A stretch of 64,000 bases of DNA from an uncultured Chloroflexia bacterium (GCA_963700285.1 CAVOXA010000010.1:1184001-1248000); one strand, 5' to 3'. Positions 8,829 to 20,166 are shown, counted from the stretch's first letter. Numbers and translations are program-made. The notes: generated from the sequence alone by a model not told the origin.

Positions 8829-11800
8829 ATGAATATTCTAAAGCGGAGAAAATTCGAGATCCCATCCGAGGTCAGCGGCCGCCCTGTCACCAATCGTGGC
8901 GTGCACCTGCAGCCCTTTGGATTTCACGGATTCTGGCTTGATCGAGAGAACGAGGACCACTATTGGACTGATCTCTTGAAAGGGATGGGCATGTCATGGG
9001 TGGTGATGCTCACTGAGGGTGACAGCGTCTTGGAAGAGCGCGGTGGGACCACCCCTCTCAATGCCCTGTTGGACGCAGGCGTCATCCCCATTATCCGTGA
9101 CAAACAAAAGCTACCTCGTCCCTTCTCCAATATAGATGCGGTTAAACGTACTGTTCCGGTCTACAGGCAGTATGGATTGCGCCCGTTCTGGCAACTCTAT
9201 AATGAGCCCTTTGATCCTAGGGAGTGGAGAAATGGGGAGGTCCCACCCTACGACGAAGCCTGGGCGATCATTGCTTCCCGGTGGTCTCAGGGGGCGAGGC
9301 AGGTCGCGGATGCGGGCGCCTATGTCGGCTTTCCCGATGGGCCTGGCTACGATGAGAACCCGTACGAGAAGCTGCGTCCAGCCGGGGGACTGGACGTTTT
9401 TGATGAGGGTATGGCTTTTTATGCGCCCCACACCTACGGCAAGGGCCGGCCCCTGTGGTATCCTTATGATGCGGTTACCCGCCACGCTGCCTTGCTAACC
9501 GATGAGGCATACCTCCGCTTGCTGGATGACTTTGCCGATGAGCCAAATTGGTACGACGCGCCCCTGGAATTCCTCAACGCCCAACGTCGGGGGTGGGCCA
9601 ATCCGGACCGGACAGCCCTCGATGATGATACCTGTTGGCGCGGCTGGGAAAAGATTGTAGCCTGGTCCATCGAGTCCCTGGGTTATGTCCCTCCCCTGGC
9701 CATGACAGAAGGGGGATGGACACCCCGTGACCGGGCAGGGTCCAATCCTGTGGACGCACGCTGGCCCTACTCCACGCCCAAGATGGTGGCCAAAAAGACG
9801 CTGCATATGTATGATACGCCATCGCCTTTTTTCGCCATTTGTCCCTGGCTGGTGGCCAGCGAGGATATGGGCGGTGCTGGCTGGTACGACGATGCCTGGC
9901 ACGGTGGGGCGTTCAGCCAGACCTACGGGCGCAAAAAACCGGTCATCCTCACCCTGGAGCAAGTCCCGCCCAAAGAGGTCGAACCTCGGACAGAGCCCCT
10001 GGTCATCGATGTGGATGGCGATACCCGCGATTGGGACTGGGCCGAGACAGCCTACGGGGCCGGCTACCGGCGGGGCGAGACCTCGCTGCGGCTCATCGAG
10101 GTCCACGAGTACGAGGGGCCTACGACTCTGGATGTCATTGTGGTAGACGTTGATGGTCTGCCCATCGAGGGAGTCGAGTTCTATTACCACTATCCCGGCG
10201 CCTCGTCCATTGGCAGCGGCGAATGGTATGACCGGGGCGTGGCGGCTACCTCCGACCAGGCCGGCCGCATTCACTTTGCAGCATCCGAGAATGGCGGGGA
10301 GTGTGTGCCCGGCACCTGTCAGGGCGCCATCTGGCCGGCAGGGAAGGGGGATGTCCTGGACCATCTGGGCTTCCTGGCCGGCACGCAGAACCGTCACCTC
10401 AATGGTGTGTGGCAGTGGCTGGAGGATGGACCTGAACCCGAACCTGAACCTGAACCCGAACCTGAACCCGAACCTGAACCCGAACCTGAACCTGAACCCG
10501 AACCTGAACCTGAACCCGAACCTGAACCCGAACCTGAACCCGAGCCCGGCCCATACGTCGATCCTCGCATTGAACCCTTCCTCACCCTGGACCTGAGTGG
10601 GGACACCTACAAGTTGGTCGAGGTCCTGTGGTACGATCCCCATGAGTCTGGCGGGAAGCACCTTATCTTCCTCGACGTCGTCGATGAGGATGGGCAGCGG
10701 CTGGCCGGTGAGAAAGTGGTCATATCTTGGCCAGGTGGCCAGGCGCCCGTGACGATTGAGGAGAAACCTGGCGAGCTCTGGGGCGGAAGCTTTGGCATGT
10801 CCGCCACGTTGGGCGCTTACGCTGCCCGTGTCGCTCCAGAAAGTGGTACCTCGGATGCCGTGGCTGGTTTGGGCAGGGGGACGCCTGAGGAGCCGGATGT
10901 CATGCACGCTACCTCTTTTGGCATCACCTTCAAAAAGCTCTCCGAGCCTGAACCGGAGCCGGAGCCGGAGCCAGAGCCTGAACCGGAACCTGAGCCTGAA
11001 CCGGAGCCAGAGCCTGAACCGGAGCCTGAGCCAGAGCCTGAACCTGAACCGGAGCCAGAGCCTGAACCTGAACCGGAGCCTGAACCTGAACCGGAGCCAG
11101 AGCCTGAGCCTGAACCCGAGCCTGGTCCCTATGTCGACCCGCGTATCGAGTCTTTCCTGACGCTGGATCTTGGCGGGGATACGTACAAGTTGGAGGAAGT
11201 CCTGTGGTACGATCCCGACGAGTCGGGCGGTAAGCACCACATCTTTCTCGACGTGGTTAATGGCGAGGGCAATCGTCTGGCCGGGGAAAAGGTGATCGTG
11301 TCGTGGTCAGGTGGCCAGGTTCCCGTGACCATCGAGGAGAAACCTGGCGAGCCCTGGGGCGGCAATTTTGGTATGTTCGCCACGTTGGGCTCCTATGCCG
11401 TTCGCGTTGATCCAGAGACCGGATCGTCGGATGCTGTGAGTGGCCTGGGCTTGGGCACGCCCGAGGAGCCGAATATCAAGCACCATACCTCCTTTGGCAT
11501 CACCTTCAAAAAGCTCTCTGAGCCGGAACCTGAACCTGAGCCGGAACCAGAACCCGAGCCTGAGCCGGAACCAGAACCCGAGCCTGAGCCGGAACCAGAA
11601 CCTGAACCAGAACCTGAACCAGAGCCGGAGCCCGGTCCCGATGTCGACCCGCGTATTGAGCCCTTTCTCACTCTGGATCTCAGCGGGGACACCTACAAGC
11701 TGGTGGAGATTCTGTGGTATGACCCCGCAGAATCAGGGGGGCGACACCATATCTTTTTCGACGTCGTTGACGAGGTAGGGCAGCGGTTGGCCGGGGAAAA

Positions 11801-13895
11801 AGTGATCGTATCCTGGCCAGGCGGCCAGGTCCCCATCATCATCGAGGAAAAGCCCGGTGAGCCGTGGGGGGGCAACTTTGGTATGGCGGCGACGCTGGGT
11901 ACCTACACTGCGCGTGTTGCCCCTGAAAGCGGCTCATCGGATGTTGTCAGTGGGCTGGGCCGGGGGACGCCCGAGGAGCCCAATGTGAACCACGCTACCT
12001 CTTTTGGCATCACCTTCAAAAAGCTCTCCGAGCCAGAACCCGAGCCGGAACCCGAACCGGAACCGGAGCCTGAGCCTGAACCGGAGCCCAATGGCAACAA
12101 CCTTGGCTTCTATGTCGAAGCCACCAACGTCGCCGGCTTGCCGGAGGCCATCCGGGATGTCAAGCCTCCTACCCTGCTGACCCACGCCAACGATCGGGGG
12201 CTGCTGCAGTGGATCCGCCGCGAGCTTTCGCCCGACACCTTTGTCATCGGCCGCCTGCACGTCGACCAGCACGTACAGGATGCGTGGCTGACCAGCGGCG
12301 ACCCCGCGGGCAAAGGGCGCGAGTTCGCGGAAACGATCCTCCGCCTCGATATGGGGCTGGCCCTCGAGCGGGGGGCCAACGGCCGGCTGTTGATCGACGC
12401 CTGGATGAGTCTCAACGAGTGCGTACCTGGGCCTGAATCCAATGCCTACCTGGGGGGCAGCGATGAGGATCGGGCCAAGATCCGGGCCAAAGCCGACGCC
12501 TACGACCGCTTCATGGTCGCCTTCCTGCAGCGCCTCAAGCAGGAGGACGGCGATCTGGATGCCGTGGCCTTTAACTTTGGGGCGGGCAACTTTCAGACGG
12601 CCGCCGGCTATCTGGACTGGTTCCCCCGTACGTTGGCCTCCCATACTTATCTGGGCTTTCACGAATATGGCTGGCGGGCGCTCTCCGCGCATCTGGACCC
12701 CAACACCGCCTCGGCCGCGGGCTTTTACCGGCCCTGCATGGCCGGAATCCGGCAGGCCTACGGCACCCATCAAAAGGCCATCATCACGGAGGCCGGCCTG
12801 GCCCGGTTGTACAAGCATATCGAGTTTCCCCCTGGCGACGTTGGCTGGCTGTACGAGGGCGAGACCATCAGCCAGGACGATTATTGGGCGTCACTGGCCT
12901 GGTACAACAGTATGCTTCTCCGGGACCGCTACGTGTTGGGCTCCTGCCTTTTTAACGTCGGCCACTCGGGCAAGTGGGTGACTTTCCGCCACCTGGGCAA
13001 AGACAACGACGGACAATGGATTACGATCATCGACCGGATCGCCGCCCTTAGCGCGCCGCGTGCCCCGCTCCTGCTGGAGCCGCCCTCGCTGGTGACGTTG
13101 CAGGGCCGTGTCCTCAACCAGGAGGATCGTGATGCCCTGGACAAACAGCAGGTTCCCGGTTCCATGATCCGGCTCATCGGCTCGCCCCATACCTTGGGCG
13201 CCGACCCGCGCGCGGCTGCGTTCGACACTGATGCCGTCAGTTGGACGCGGCGCATCAAAGGCTTCCGGGGCAGCGTCTGGAACTGCTGGCAGAAGTATGT
13301 CGAGCGCGAGGTGGCCGGCATTACCTGGGAGGAGTTCAAGGACGGTGTCGTGAAGCAAAATCCGTCTTTGGGTAACTCTGGAGGCCGGTTCAAGGCCAAG
13401 CGCAGGTACTATCTTCCTGAGAACCGGAAACTGGACGACCCGCAAGGCGAACGACCGGAGATCGAATGGGATCGGCTCCTGACCGGCTTCCGTGGAACTC
13501 GCTGGGATTGCTGGCAAAAATACGTCCGCGGCAAGGTAGTCGGTCTGGACTGGCATGCCTTCAAATCAAAGGTCGTGAGACGGAACCCCCAACTGGCCGG
13601 GGATGGCAACCGTTTTGTTCCCCGAGAACGCTACGTGCTGCCCCGCAATGCCGGCCAGTACGAGTACATGCTCGTGGCCTATGCCAACGCCCGAGGGCGC
13701 TACCGCTTCGAATCGCTATTGCCCGGTCTCTACACTGTCGAGGTTACTTCCCCCGGTTCCCAGTCGCTGCGGCGCCAGATCGAGATCAAGGCTGATACCA
13801 CCCTCGATCTGGAGATTGAGCCGCTGCACCGGCAGCCCCTTCCGAGAGGCCAAGATGAAGGACGAGGTCAAGACAAGGCAGAAACTGATCGCTGA
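8829..13895 (+). CDS. 1688-aa modular protein: two GH-A-like TIM barrels, three ~130-aa repeats, (PE)n linkers and a C-terminal beta-sandwich with two LysM-like inserts
   Basis: YNEP...MTEGGW and LNE...HEYGW...ITEAG resemble clan GH-A acid/base and nucleophile motifs. Three copies of VDPRIE.FLTLDL...GITFKKLS and two copies of W.R...GFRG..W.CWQKYV...NP.L. Function is inferred. Confidence 0.7.
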   Translation: MNILKRRKFEIPSEVSGRPVTNRGVHLQPFGFHGFWLDRENEDHYWTDLLKGMGMSWVVMLTEGDSVLEERGGTTPLNALLDAGVIPIIRDKQKLPRPFSNIDAVKRTVPVYRQYGLRPFWQLYNEPFDPREWRNGEVPPYDEAWAIIASRWSQGARQVADAGAYVGFPDGPGYDENPYEKLRPAGGLDVFDEGMAFYAPHTYGKGRPLWYPYDAVTRHAALLTDEAYLRLLDDFADEPNWYDAPLEFLNAQRRGWANPDRTALDDDTCWRGWEKIVAWSIESLGYVPPLAMTEGGWTPRDRAGSNPVDARWPYSTPKMVAKKTLHMYDTPSPFFAICPWLVASEDMGGAGWYDDAWHGGAFSQTYGRKKPVILTLEQVPPKEVEPRTEPLVIDVDGDTRDWDWAETAYGAGYRRGETSLRLIEVHEYEGPTTLDVIVVDVDGLPIEGVEFYYHYPGASSIGSGEWYDRGVAATSDQAGRIHFAASENGGECVPGTCQGAIWPAGKGDVLDHLGFLAGTQNRHLNGVWQWLEDGPEPEPEPEPEPEPEPEPEPEPEPEPEPEPEPEPEPEPEPGPYVDPRIEPFLTLDLSGDTYKLVEVLWYDPHESGGKHLIFLDVVDEDGQRLAGEKVVISWPGGQAPVTIEEKPGELWGGSFGMSATLGAYAARVAPESGTSDAVAGLGRGTPEEPDVMHATSFGITFKKLSEPEPEPEPEPEPEPEPEPEPEPEPEPEPEPEPEPEPEPEPEPEPEPEPEPEPEPEPEPEPGPYVDPRIESFLTLDLGGDTYKLEEVLWYDPDESGGKHHIFLDVVNGEGNRLAGEKVIVSWSGGQVPVTIEEKPGEPWGGNFGMFATLGSYAVRVDPETGSSDAVSGLGLGTPEEPNIKHHTSFGITFKKLSEPEPEPEPEPEPEPEPEPEPEPEPEPEPEPEPEPEPEPGPDVDPRIEPFLTLDLSGDTYKLVEILWYDPAESGGRHHIFFDVVDEVGQRLAGEKVIVSWPGGQVPIIIEEKPGEPWGGNFGMAATLGTYTARVAPESGSSDVVSGLGRGTPEEPNVNHATSFGITFKKLSEPEPEPEPEPEPEPEPEPEPNGNNLGFYVEATNVAGLPEAIRDVKPPTLLTHANDRGLLQWIRRELSPDTFVIGRLHVDQHVQDAWLTSGDPAGKGREFAETILRLDMGLALERGANGRLLIDAWMSLNECVPGPESNAYLGGSDEDRAKIRAKADAYDRFMVAFLQRLKQEDGDLDAVAFNFGAGNFQTAAGYLDWFPRTLASHTYLGFHEYGWRALSAHLDPNTASAAGFYRPCMAGIRQAYGTHQKAIITEAGLARLYKHIEFPPGDVGWLYEGETISQDDYWASLAWYNSMLLRDRYVLGSCLFNVGHSGKWVTFRHLGKDNDGQWITIIDRIAALSAPRAPLLLEPPSLVTLQGRVLNQEDRDALDKQQVPGSMIRLIGSPHTLGADPRAAAFDTDAVSWTRRIKGFRGSVWNCWQKYVEREVAGITWEEFKDGVVKQNPSLGNSGGRFKAKRRYYLPENRKLDDPQGERPEIEWDRLLTGFRGTRWDCWQKYVRGKVVGLDWHAFKSKVVRRNPQLAGDGNRFVPRERYVLPRNAGQYEYMLVAYANARGRYRFESLLPGLYTVEVTSPGSQSLRRQIEIKADTTLDLEIEPLHRQPLPRGQDEGRGQDKAETDR
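10431..10550 (+). repeat. (Pro-Glu)n coding tract 1
   Basis: Tandem CCT/CCC GAA hexamers. Confidence 0.95.
10944..11125 (+). repeat. (Pro-Glu)n coding tract 2
   Basis: Tandem CCN GAR hexamers. Confidence 0.95.
11520..11636 (+). repeat. (Pro-Glu)n coding tract 3
   Basis: Tandem CCN GAR hexamers. Confidence 0.95.
12028..12090 (+). repeat. (Pro-Glu)n coding tract 4
   Basis: Tandem CCN GAR hexamers. Confidence 0.95.
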
Positions 13896-14400
13896 ACTGG
13901 CCGCAGCCCGGCAGCAGATTGCCGGGCTGGAGGCCGCAAGATCTGATCTCCAGTCGGTTGATCAGGCGTTGCGTGAAAGCTCGCTACGCTTGCGCGTAGC
14001 GTTGCAAAACTCGAACATCGTCGTCTACAACCAAGACCTGGACCTGCGCCATACCTGGATCTACAATCCCCTCCTGGGCTTCACCCCCGAGGGCATTCTG
14101 GGCAAGACGGACGCGGATCTCCTTCTCCCCAAAGATGCTGCCCCTCTGGAACAGATCAAACTCCATGTCCTGGAAACCGGCGCCGGGATGCGCGAGACGG
14201 TACGTACCATCATCGACGGTGATGCCTCCTTCTACGATCTGACCGTTTGGTTTGATACCTGTGTTCCAGAAAGGGAGCGAGAGCGGGTAAGGTCGGCATT
14301 CGACCAACCCTGAGAACTGCCATCGACGGCTCTGGGCTGTGCGATACGCAGGGCAACATTCTGGATGTCAACGACGCTCTGTGCCAAAAACTGGGGATTC
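13855..14400 (+). pseudogene. Degraded multi-PAS sensor gene fragment
   Basis: [15 protein letters not shown]...ALQNSNIVVYNQDLDLRHTWIYNP...ILGKTDADL (PAS 1). Another frame then gives RTAIDGSGLCDTQGNILDVNDALCQKLG (start of PAS 2), cut off at about 14395. Confidence 0.7.
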
Positions 14401-14765
14401 TTTGGGCAAGACCCGGTTCCCGGTTGAATCTCTTTGCGTTCTTGGCGTCTTTGCGGCGAAAAAAACGCCAGCAAGCAGAACCCACCTTTGACATCCCTTA
14501 TGTTTCGTGGTAAGCTTGTGGACGGAAAGGGGAATTGTCAGGAATCCTCCGAGCGGCGGCTTCCCGCTACTCAAAGGGTCTTTGGACGCAGTCGTCACCC
14601 CCTTCATTGTCGAAAGATCTTCCCCTCTCATACACGAGCACCCCGGCAAAGGGTTGCCGTGGCACACAACAACGAATTTAGAATACAACGAATTGGACTG
14701 CCCGGGAAGTCAATTCGTTCCTTTCTCAATTCGTTGTAGTACCGTGGCACACAACAACAAATTCG
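14393..14765 (+). repeat. Caspase-associated promoter/leader cassette, copy 1
   Basis: Colinear similarity to 20206-20617. Contains TTGACA(14488)-17 nt-TAAGCT(14511), several hairpins and a ~75-bp palindromic unit. Confidence 0.9.
14523..14745 (+). ncRNA. Putative structured 5' leader RNA, family not recognised
   Basis: Hairpins conserved in position with the copy at 20317-20617 despite sequence change; GAAA tetraloop stem. Confidence 0.5.
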
Positions 14766-14798
14766 TGATACTATCGCTAACGAAGGAGAGACACCCTC

Positions 14799-17700
14799 AT
14801 GTCCGATTTCCGGGCCAGCCGGGCCGTCGTCATCGGCATCAACGACTACCAGCATGGCATCCCAAAACTACGTACCGCCGTCAATGACGCCCGGAGGCTG
14901 GCCGAGATCCTGGCGCAGGACTATGGTTATGAAGTCGACCTGCTGGTCGAGGACGTGACCAAGTCCCGGCTCGCGGCGTACTTTGAGGCAGCGCGATCCA
15001 CCGTAGGCAAGGACGACCGCCTGCTGATCTACTTTGCCGGCCACGGCATCGCCCTCGACGGCGACGACGGGCCGGCCGGCTACCTGGTGCCCCAGGACGC
15101 CCGGCCCGAGGATCGCGACACCTTCCTGCCCATGACCGAGCTGCACCGCTGGCTGGAGGCGCTGCCCGCCCGCCACCTGCTGGCCATCCTGGACTGCTGC
15201 TTCGCCGGGGCCTTTCGCTGGGCATCGACGCGGGCCCTGGTGCCGGTCCCGGAGGTGATCCATAAGGAGCGCTACGACCGTTTCATTCGGGATGCGGCCT
15301 GGCAGGTGATCACCTCCGCGGCCTACGACCAGACGGCCTTGGACCAACTGGCCGGGGACGACAAGCGGGGTGTGGCGCAAGAAGGGGGCTTGGCCCATTC
15401 GCCCTTTGCCCGGGCGCTGTTCGAGGCCCTGGCCGGGGCCGGCGACGTGGTGCCCCGGGGAGAGGGCGACGGCGTCATCACCGCCACGGAGTTGTACCTG
15501 TACCTGCGGGATGAGGTCGAGGTCCAGGCCGAGGAGGGGGCCAGCCACGCCCAGACGCCGGGGCTGTGGCCGCTGAACAAGCACGACAAGGGGGAGTATA
15601 TCTTTTTGGTGCCGGGCCACGAGCTGAACCTGCCGCCGGCGCCGGAGCTGACCGGCGACAACAACCCCTATCGCGGCCTGCAGTCCTACGACGAGGAGCA
15701 CTGCCAGCTCTTCTTTGGGCGGGAAGAAGAGATCGAGGATCTGGCCGTGTTGGTGGCGGGGCAGGCCTTCACGGCCGTGCTGGGTGCCTCGGGCACGGGC
15801 AAGTCGAGCCTGGTCAAGGCCGGCCTGCTGCCCCGCTTGGGGGGCTGTGCCGAGGACCGTGAGCCGGCGGAGGGGTTGGAGGGTGCCTGGTTCATTCTAC
15901 CTCCCCTGCGTCCCACGGCTACGCCCCTCCTGGCCCTCCAGCAGGTATTGGGCAAGGTTGCCTCCGCGCCAGATATTGAGGCGTTGCACACGGATCCCAA
16001 TACCCTGGCGGCTCTCGTCGCCTCCTGGCGAAACCGTCACCCTGGAACCTATTTCTTGCTGGTGGTCGACCAGTTGGAGGAGCTGATCACGCTCTGCCGG
16101 GACGACGGCCAGCGGGATCAATTCCTGGCGCTGCTGGCCGCGGCCATGGCACAGCAGCCGGATACCTTTCGCCTGGTTGTTACCCTGCGCACCGACTTTG
16201 AGCTGCAGCTTGCCCAGGACACGGCGCTGGCAGGGCCCTGGGCTCGGGAGGGCGCCCGCTACGTGGTACCGCCCATGGACCACGACGACCTGCGGGCGGT
16301 GATCGAGGGTCCTGCCTCGGTGCGAGTGCTCTACTTTGAGCCCTACGGGCTGGTGGACGATCTGATCAAGGAGGTGATCCAGACGCCTGGCGCGCTGCCC
16401 CTGCTGTCCTTCACCCTGAGCGAGCTCTATATCAAGTACCTGGAGCGCCAGGCTGGAGCCAGGCGGGCCGGCGAGACCGTCGACCGCTCCTTGACCGAAA
16501 CGGATTACCAGGCGTTGGGCGGCGTGCTGGGCTCGCTCCGGAATCGCGCCACCGAGGAGTATGAGGATCTGCCGGACGACGCCCACCGGGAGACGATGCG
16601 GCGGGTGATGCTGCGCATGGTGGCCGTGGAGGGCGGTGAGGTGGCCCGCCGGCGCGTGCCCCGTTCTGAGCTGGTATATCCCGGCGAGGAGGAGAACCAG
16701 CGGGTGGACACGGTCATCCAGCGGCTGGTGGCCGCCCGCCTGCTCGTTGAGGGCAGTGAGGAGGACGGCGCCGCCTACGTGGAGCCGGCTCATGACGCGT
16801 TGGTCCGGGCCTGGGACAAGCTGTTGGCCTGGAAGGCCGGGGCGGAGGAGTACCTGCCCTTGCAGCGGCGGCTGGGCCAGGCGGCGGCCGAGTGGGATCG
16901 GGCCGCGGAGAAGGACCGCAGGGGACTGCTCTGGGACGACGACCCGCGCCTGCCCCAGGTGGAGGACGTCGTCTGGCCGGCGGGCAATGGGCGCCGGGGT
17001 GTCAGGGGCCGGGCCAGATGGCTCAAGCACGTGATCCTGCCCGACGTCGACCACCCGGGCGATACCGCCTGGCTGAACCGGCGGGAGGTGGTCTTTGTCC
17101 AGAAGAGCGTTTCCCGTAGGGCCAGCGTGCTGCGGCGCATCGCCGTGATTACGCTGGCCGTGATGGCCATCCTGGCCATGCTGTCCGTGTTCGCCTTTCG
17201 CCAGCAAGCGATTGCCCAGAGGAACGCCGACGATCTCGCTGTTGCCAACGACAACCTGGAGGTAGAGCGGGACAACGCCCTCCGGCAAAGTCGCATCTCC
17301 CGGGCCAGAGAGCTGGCTGCGCGTGCGCAGCTCTCGCTGGAGGAGTCACCGCCCAGGACGTTGCTGCTGGCTGCTGAGGCCGTGAGCATTACGCAGAGCA
17401 TCGACGGGCTGGCCATGACCGAGCCGGAGCAGGCCCTTTGGGATGCAAACGTCGCCGCCGGAGGCATACCCCTGTACGGCCATGAGGCCGAGGTTGTTGC
17501 CGTTGCGCTGTCCCATGATAATCGCTGGCTGGCCACGGCAAGCTGGGACAACAGTGCGCGTCTGTGGGACATGCGCGATCGGGATGCCGAGTCGGTGGTC
17601 CTGCGCGGCCATGATGACCTGGTCAACGATGTGGCCTTTTCCCATGACGACCGCTGGCTGGCCACGGCCAGCGATGATGGTACTGCTCGCCTTTGGGACA

Positions 17701-19559
17701 TGGCGGATCCAGCGGCTGAGCCCATCGTCCTGCGCGGCCACGAGGATGTGGTCAACGATGTGGCCTTTTCCCATGACGACCGCTGGCTGGCTACGGCCAG
17801 CGACGACGGTACCGCCCGTCTGTGGGACATGGCAGACCCGAGTGCTGAACCCCTTGTCTTGGCCGGCCACGCGGACTGGGTCAACAGCCTGGCTTTCTCG
17901 CCCGACGACCGCTGGCTGGCCACGGCCATCGAAGATGGAACCGCGCGTCTGTGGGATCTGGGGGATCCCGATGCCGAACCGGCCGTGCTCGACAGTTCAA
18001 ACGAATACCTTCTGGACATTGGATTCTCCCCCGATGGCCGCTGGCTCGCGGCCGTAGGCGGAAGCGGGAGCAATGTCGATCTTTGGGACCTGGAAGGGGA
18101 GGAGGCTGTAGCGTTTGCCCTGGAGGGGCACATCGGCGATGCCTATGTTCTGGCCTTCTCAAGCGACAGCCGCTGGCTGGCGACAGCCGGCTCGGCCGGC
18201 GCCGTGCGTCTGTGGGACCTGGAGGATCCAGACGCCGAGTCAATTGTCCTGGCCGTGAGAGATTTGAGCAAAGGGGGCATTGTAGAGGATATTCCGGCGG
18301 TTGCCTTCTCGCCCGACGACAGACAGGTCGCGGCAGGCAGCCAGGATGGCACCGTTCGTCTCTGGGATATGGATGACCCCTTTGCTGACCCGCTGATTCT
18401 GTACGGGCACGAGGGGCGGGTCACCGATCTGGCCTACTCGCACGACGGTGAATGGCTGGTCTCCAGCAGCTACGACGATACTGCGCGCCTGTGGCAGCTA
18501 CAGAACCCTGGGATCGAGCCGCGCGTACTCGACCTGGGTTCCGCTGTCCTGTCGGTGGACTATGCTCCTGACGCGCGCCGGCTCGCCGCCGGCGGCTCGG
18601 ATGGAGCGACACGGCTCTGGGATCCGCAAAGCCTTGGCGTGGAGCCCGTCGTCTTGCCCGGCGACCCAACCGTCGAGGTCATGGTTTTCTCTGCTGATGG
18701 CCGCTTGCTGGCCACAGGCAATCACGACGGTGAAGTGACAGTATGGGAACTGGTGGATCTGGGCAGCGAGCCGCTGGTTCTTGACGCCCACGACGGGAGC
18801 GTTACCGGCATAGATCTTTCAGCCGATGGCCGCTGGCTGGCCACGGGTGGAGAGGACGAGACTGCGTTGCTGTGGGACCTGCAAAACCTCGATGCGGAGC
18901 CGGCTGCCTTCGACACTTTGAGCTTGGAGACGGCCGTGGCTTTTTCGAAGGATTCCCGGTGGCTGGCCATGACCTACGATACCCTGGGTGATGTTCACCT
19001 ATGGGATCTTCAGCGTCTCGATGATGGTCCTACGGTCCTGGAAGGCCACAACGCACTGGTGAAGGACTTGGTCTTCTCTCACGATGGCCAGAGGCTGGCC
19101 ACGGCGAGTTACGACCGTACCACGGAGGTATGGGATCTGCGGGACCTCGAAGCCGAGCCACTCATCCTCAGGGGGCATACGAACTGGGTTCTCGCTGTAG
19201 CTTTTTCCTCCGACGACCACTGGCTGGCGACCGCCGGCCTGGATGGCACGACGCGGCTCTGGGACCTGGATAATCCTGGTGTAGACCCGCTGGTTCTGCG
19301 CGGCCACGCCGATGCGGTCAACGATGTGGCTTTCTCCCCTGACGACCGTTGGCTGGTCACGGCCAGCGAGGATGGTACCGCTCGCCTGTGGACAAGGTCG
19401 ACGGATCTCCTGTTGGAGACGGCCTGCCAGACAGCCGGCCGTAACTTGACCCAAGGGGAGTGGAATCAGTACTTTCCGAATGAGCCCTATCGCAAGACGT
19501 GCCCCGGGCTGCCGGCACATCCCAGCGTGCTGGTTGCTGAGGAGGTCGAGACACCGTAG
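14799..19559 (+). CDS. Caspase-like (C14) protease - nSTAND1-type NTPase - TM - 15 WD40 repeats
   Basis: FAGHG/LDCC dyad; PYRGLQSY...FFGRE; Walker A GASGTGKSS; Walker B LLVVDQLEE; GALPLL; HDALVRAW; TM helix IAVITLAVMAILAMLSVFAF; 15 counted WD40 units. Confidence 0.92.
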   Translation: MSDFRASRAVVIGINDYQHGIPKLRTAVNDARRLAEILAQDYGYEVDLLVEDVTKSRLAAYFEAARSTVGKDDRLLIYFAGHGIALDGDDGPAGYLVPQDARPEDRDTFLPMTELHRWLEALPARHLLAILDCCFAGAFRWASTRALVPVPEVIHKERYDRFIRDAAWQVITSAAYDQTALDQLAGDDKRGVAQEGGLAHSPFARALFEALAGAGDVVPRGEGDGVITATELYLYLRDEVEVQAEEGASHAQTPGLWPLNKHDKGEYIFLVPGHELNLPPAPELTGDNNPYRGLQSYDEEHCQLFFGREEEIEDLAVLVAGQAFTAVLGASGTGKSSLVKAGLLPRLGGCAEDREPAEGLEGAWFILPPLRPTATPLLALQQVLGKVASAPDIEALHTDPNTLAALVASWRNRHPGTYFLLVVDQLEELITLCRDDGQRDQFLALLAAAMAQQPDTFRLVVTLRTDFELQLAQDTALAGPWAREGARYVVPPMDHDDLRAVIEGPASVRVLYFEPYGLVDDLIKEVIQTPGALPLLSFTLSELYIKYLERQAGARRAGETVDRSLTETDYQALGGVLGSLRNRATEEYEDLPDDAHRETMRRVMLRMVAVEGGEVARRRVPRSELVYPGEEENQRVDTVIQRLVAARLLVEGSEEDGAAYVEPAHDALVRAWDKLLAWKAGAEEYLPLQRRLGQAAAEWDRAAEKDRRGLLWDDDPRLPQVEDVVWPAGNGRRGVRGRARWLKHVILPDVDHPGDTAWLNRREVVFVQKSVSRRASVLRRIAVITLAVMAILAMLSVFAFRQQAIAQRNADDLAVANDNLEVERDNALRQSRISRARELAARAQLSLEESPPRTLLLAAEAVSITQSIDGLAMTEPEQALWDANVAAGGIPLYGHEAEVVAVALSHDNRWLATASWDNSARLWDMRDRDAESVVLRGHDDLVNDVAFSHDDRWLATASDDGTARLWDMADPAAEPIVLRGHEDVVNDVAFSHDDRWLATASDDGTARLWDMADPSAEPLVLAGHADWVNSLAFSPDDRWLATAIEDGTARLWDLGDPDAEPAVLDSSNEYLLDIGFSPDGRWLAAVGGSGSNVDLWDLEGEEAVAFALEGHIGDAYVLAFSSDSRWLATAGSAGAVRLWDLEDPDAESIVLAVRDLSKGGIVEDIPAVAFSPDDRQVAAGSQDGTVRLWDMDDPFADPLILYGHEGRVTDLAYSHDGEWLVSSSYDDTARLWQLQNPGIEPRVLDLGSAVLSVDYAPDARRLAAGGSDGATRLWDPQSLGVEPVVLPGDPTVEVMVFSADGRLLATGNHDGEVTVWELVDLGSEPLVLDAHDGSVTGIDLSADGRWLATGGEDETALLWDLQNLDAEPAAFDTLSLETAVAFSKDSRWLAMTYDTLGDVHLWDLQRLDDGPTVLEGHNALVKDLVFSHDGQRLATASYDRTTEVWDLRDLEAEPLILRGHTNWVLAVAFSSDDHWLATAGLDGTTRLWDLDNPGVDPLVLRGHADAVNDVAFSPDDRWLVTASEDGTARLWTRSTDLLLETACQTAGRNLTQGEWNQYFPNEPYRKTCPGLPAHPSVLVAEEVETP

Positions 19560-19708
19560 CGTCCAATTGAACTCCCGAGTAGTCAAAAGTACCTAGGAAA
19601 GTTAGTCATTTCTTCCGATGTGCGGCGGCCTACAACGTGCTACAATTGGAGGAGACGAGGAGGTAGGGGCAAGAGATCGCGTCCTTACCGCCTGTATTCC
19701 CAGGGAAA

Positions 19709-19915
19709 TTGGCCGCGAACCTACGCCAACTCAAGACCACATGGCCCCAGGCCCGCTACCTCGTGCTCTTTGACGACGAGCAGGACCGCCGTCACGTACA
19801 GTCTGCCGGTGCCGACGAGGTCCTGGTTAAGGGCATCCGCGCTGCCACAATCCTGGAAACTATGGAGGATCTTCTGTCTGATGACAGCCCAAGTCCTCCT
19901 AGGGGAAGGAGCTAG
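19709..19915 (+). pseudogene. C-terminal half of a degenerate receiver (REC)-like domain
   Basis: LRQLKTTWPQARYLVL...AGADEVLVKG resembles REC alpha3 to beta5. An in-frame stop lies at 19664 upstream and the N-terminal half is missing. Confidence 0.5.
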
Positions 19916-19916
19916 A

Positions 19917-20156
19917 ATGGAAACCTATCGATTCTATCCACCGCAAGTCCGGCCCGCGCAGGTGCCGTACCACGTGCTGGCTGCCGGGACAGAAAGCTGC
20001 CAGCACGAACTGCTGGACAACGCCTGGTGCGACCGCATCATGGTTCAGGACGGCATTATCTTTATCACCTACTCCTGCCGGCACTGCGGCCGGCAGATCT
20101 GCCAGTCCCTGGACGAAGTGTCGCCGCCTGGGTGGAACGGGCATAGCGCGCACTGA
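19917..20156 (+). CDS. 79-aa putative zinc-ribbon protein
   Basis: AAGGAG RBS; CQH...YSCRHCG motif. Confidence 0.6.
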   Translation: METYRFYPPQVRPAQVPYHVLAAGTESCQHELLDNAWCDRIMVQDGIIFITYSCRHCGRQICQSLDEVSPPGWNGHSAH

Positions 20157-20166
20157 GAAAGGATCT

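Noticed and set aside
9495-11240. 581-aa minus-strand ORF (and similar antisense ORFs such as 15897-17288, 16790-18133, 46611-47828, 52267-53112)
   Set aside because: Antisense shadows of well-supported genes in GC-rich DNA, with no recognisable motifs.
10431-12090. CRISPR or non-coding satellite
   Set aside because: The hexamer repeats are in-frame Pro-Glu codons with synonymous variation.
14523-14640. c-di-GMP-I riboswitch (GGACGCA and a GAAA loop are present)
   Set aside because: It lacks GGCAAA and the tetraloop-receptor stem in the expected order; kept as an unknown motif.
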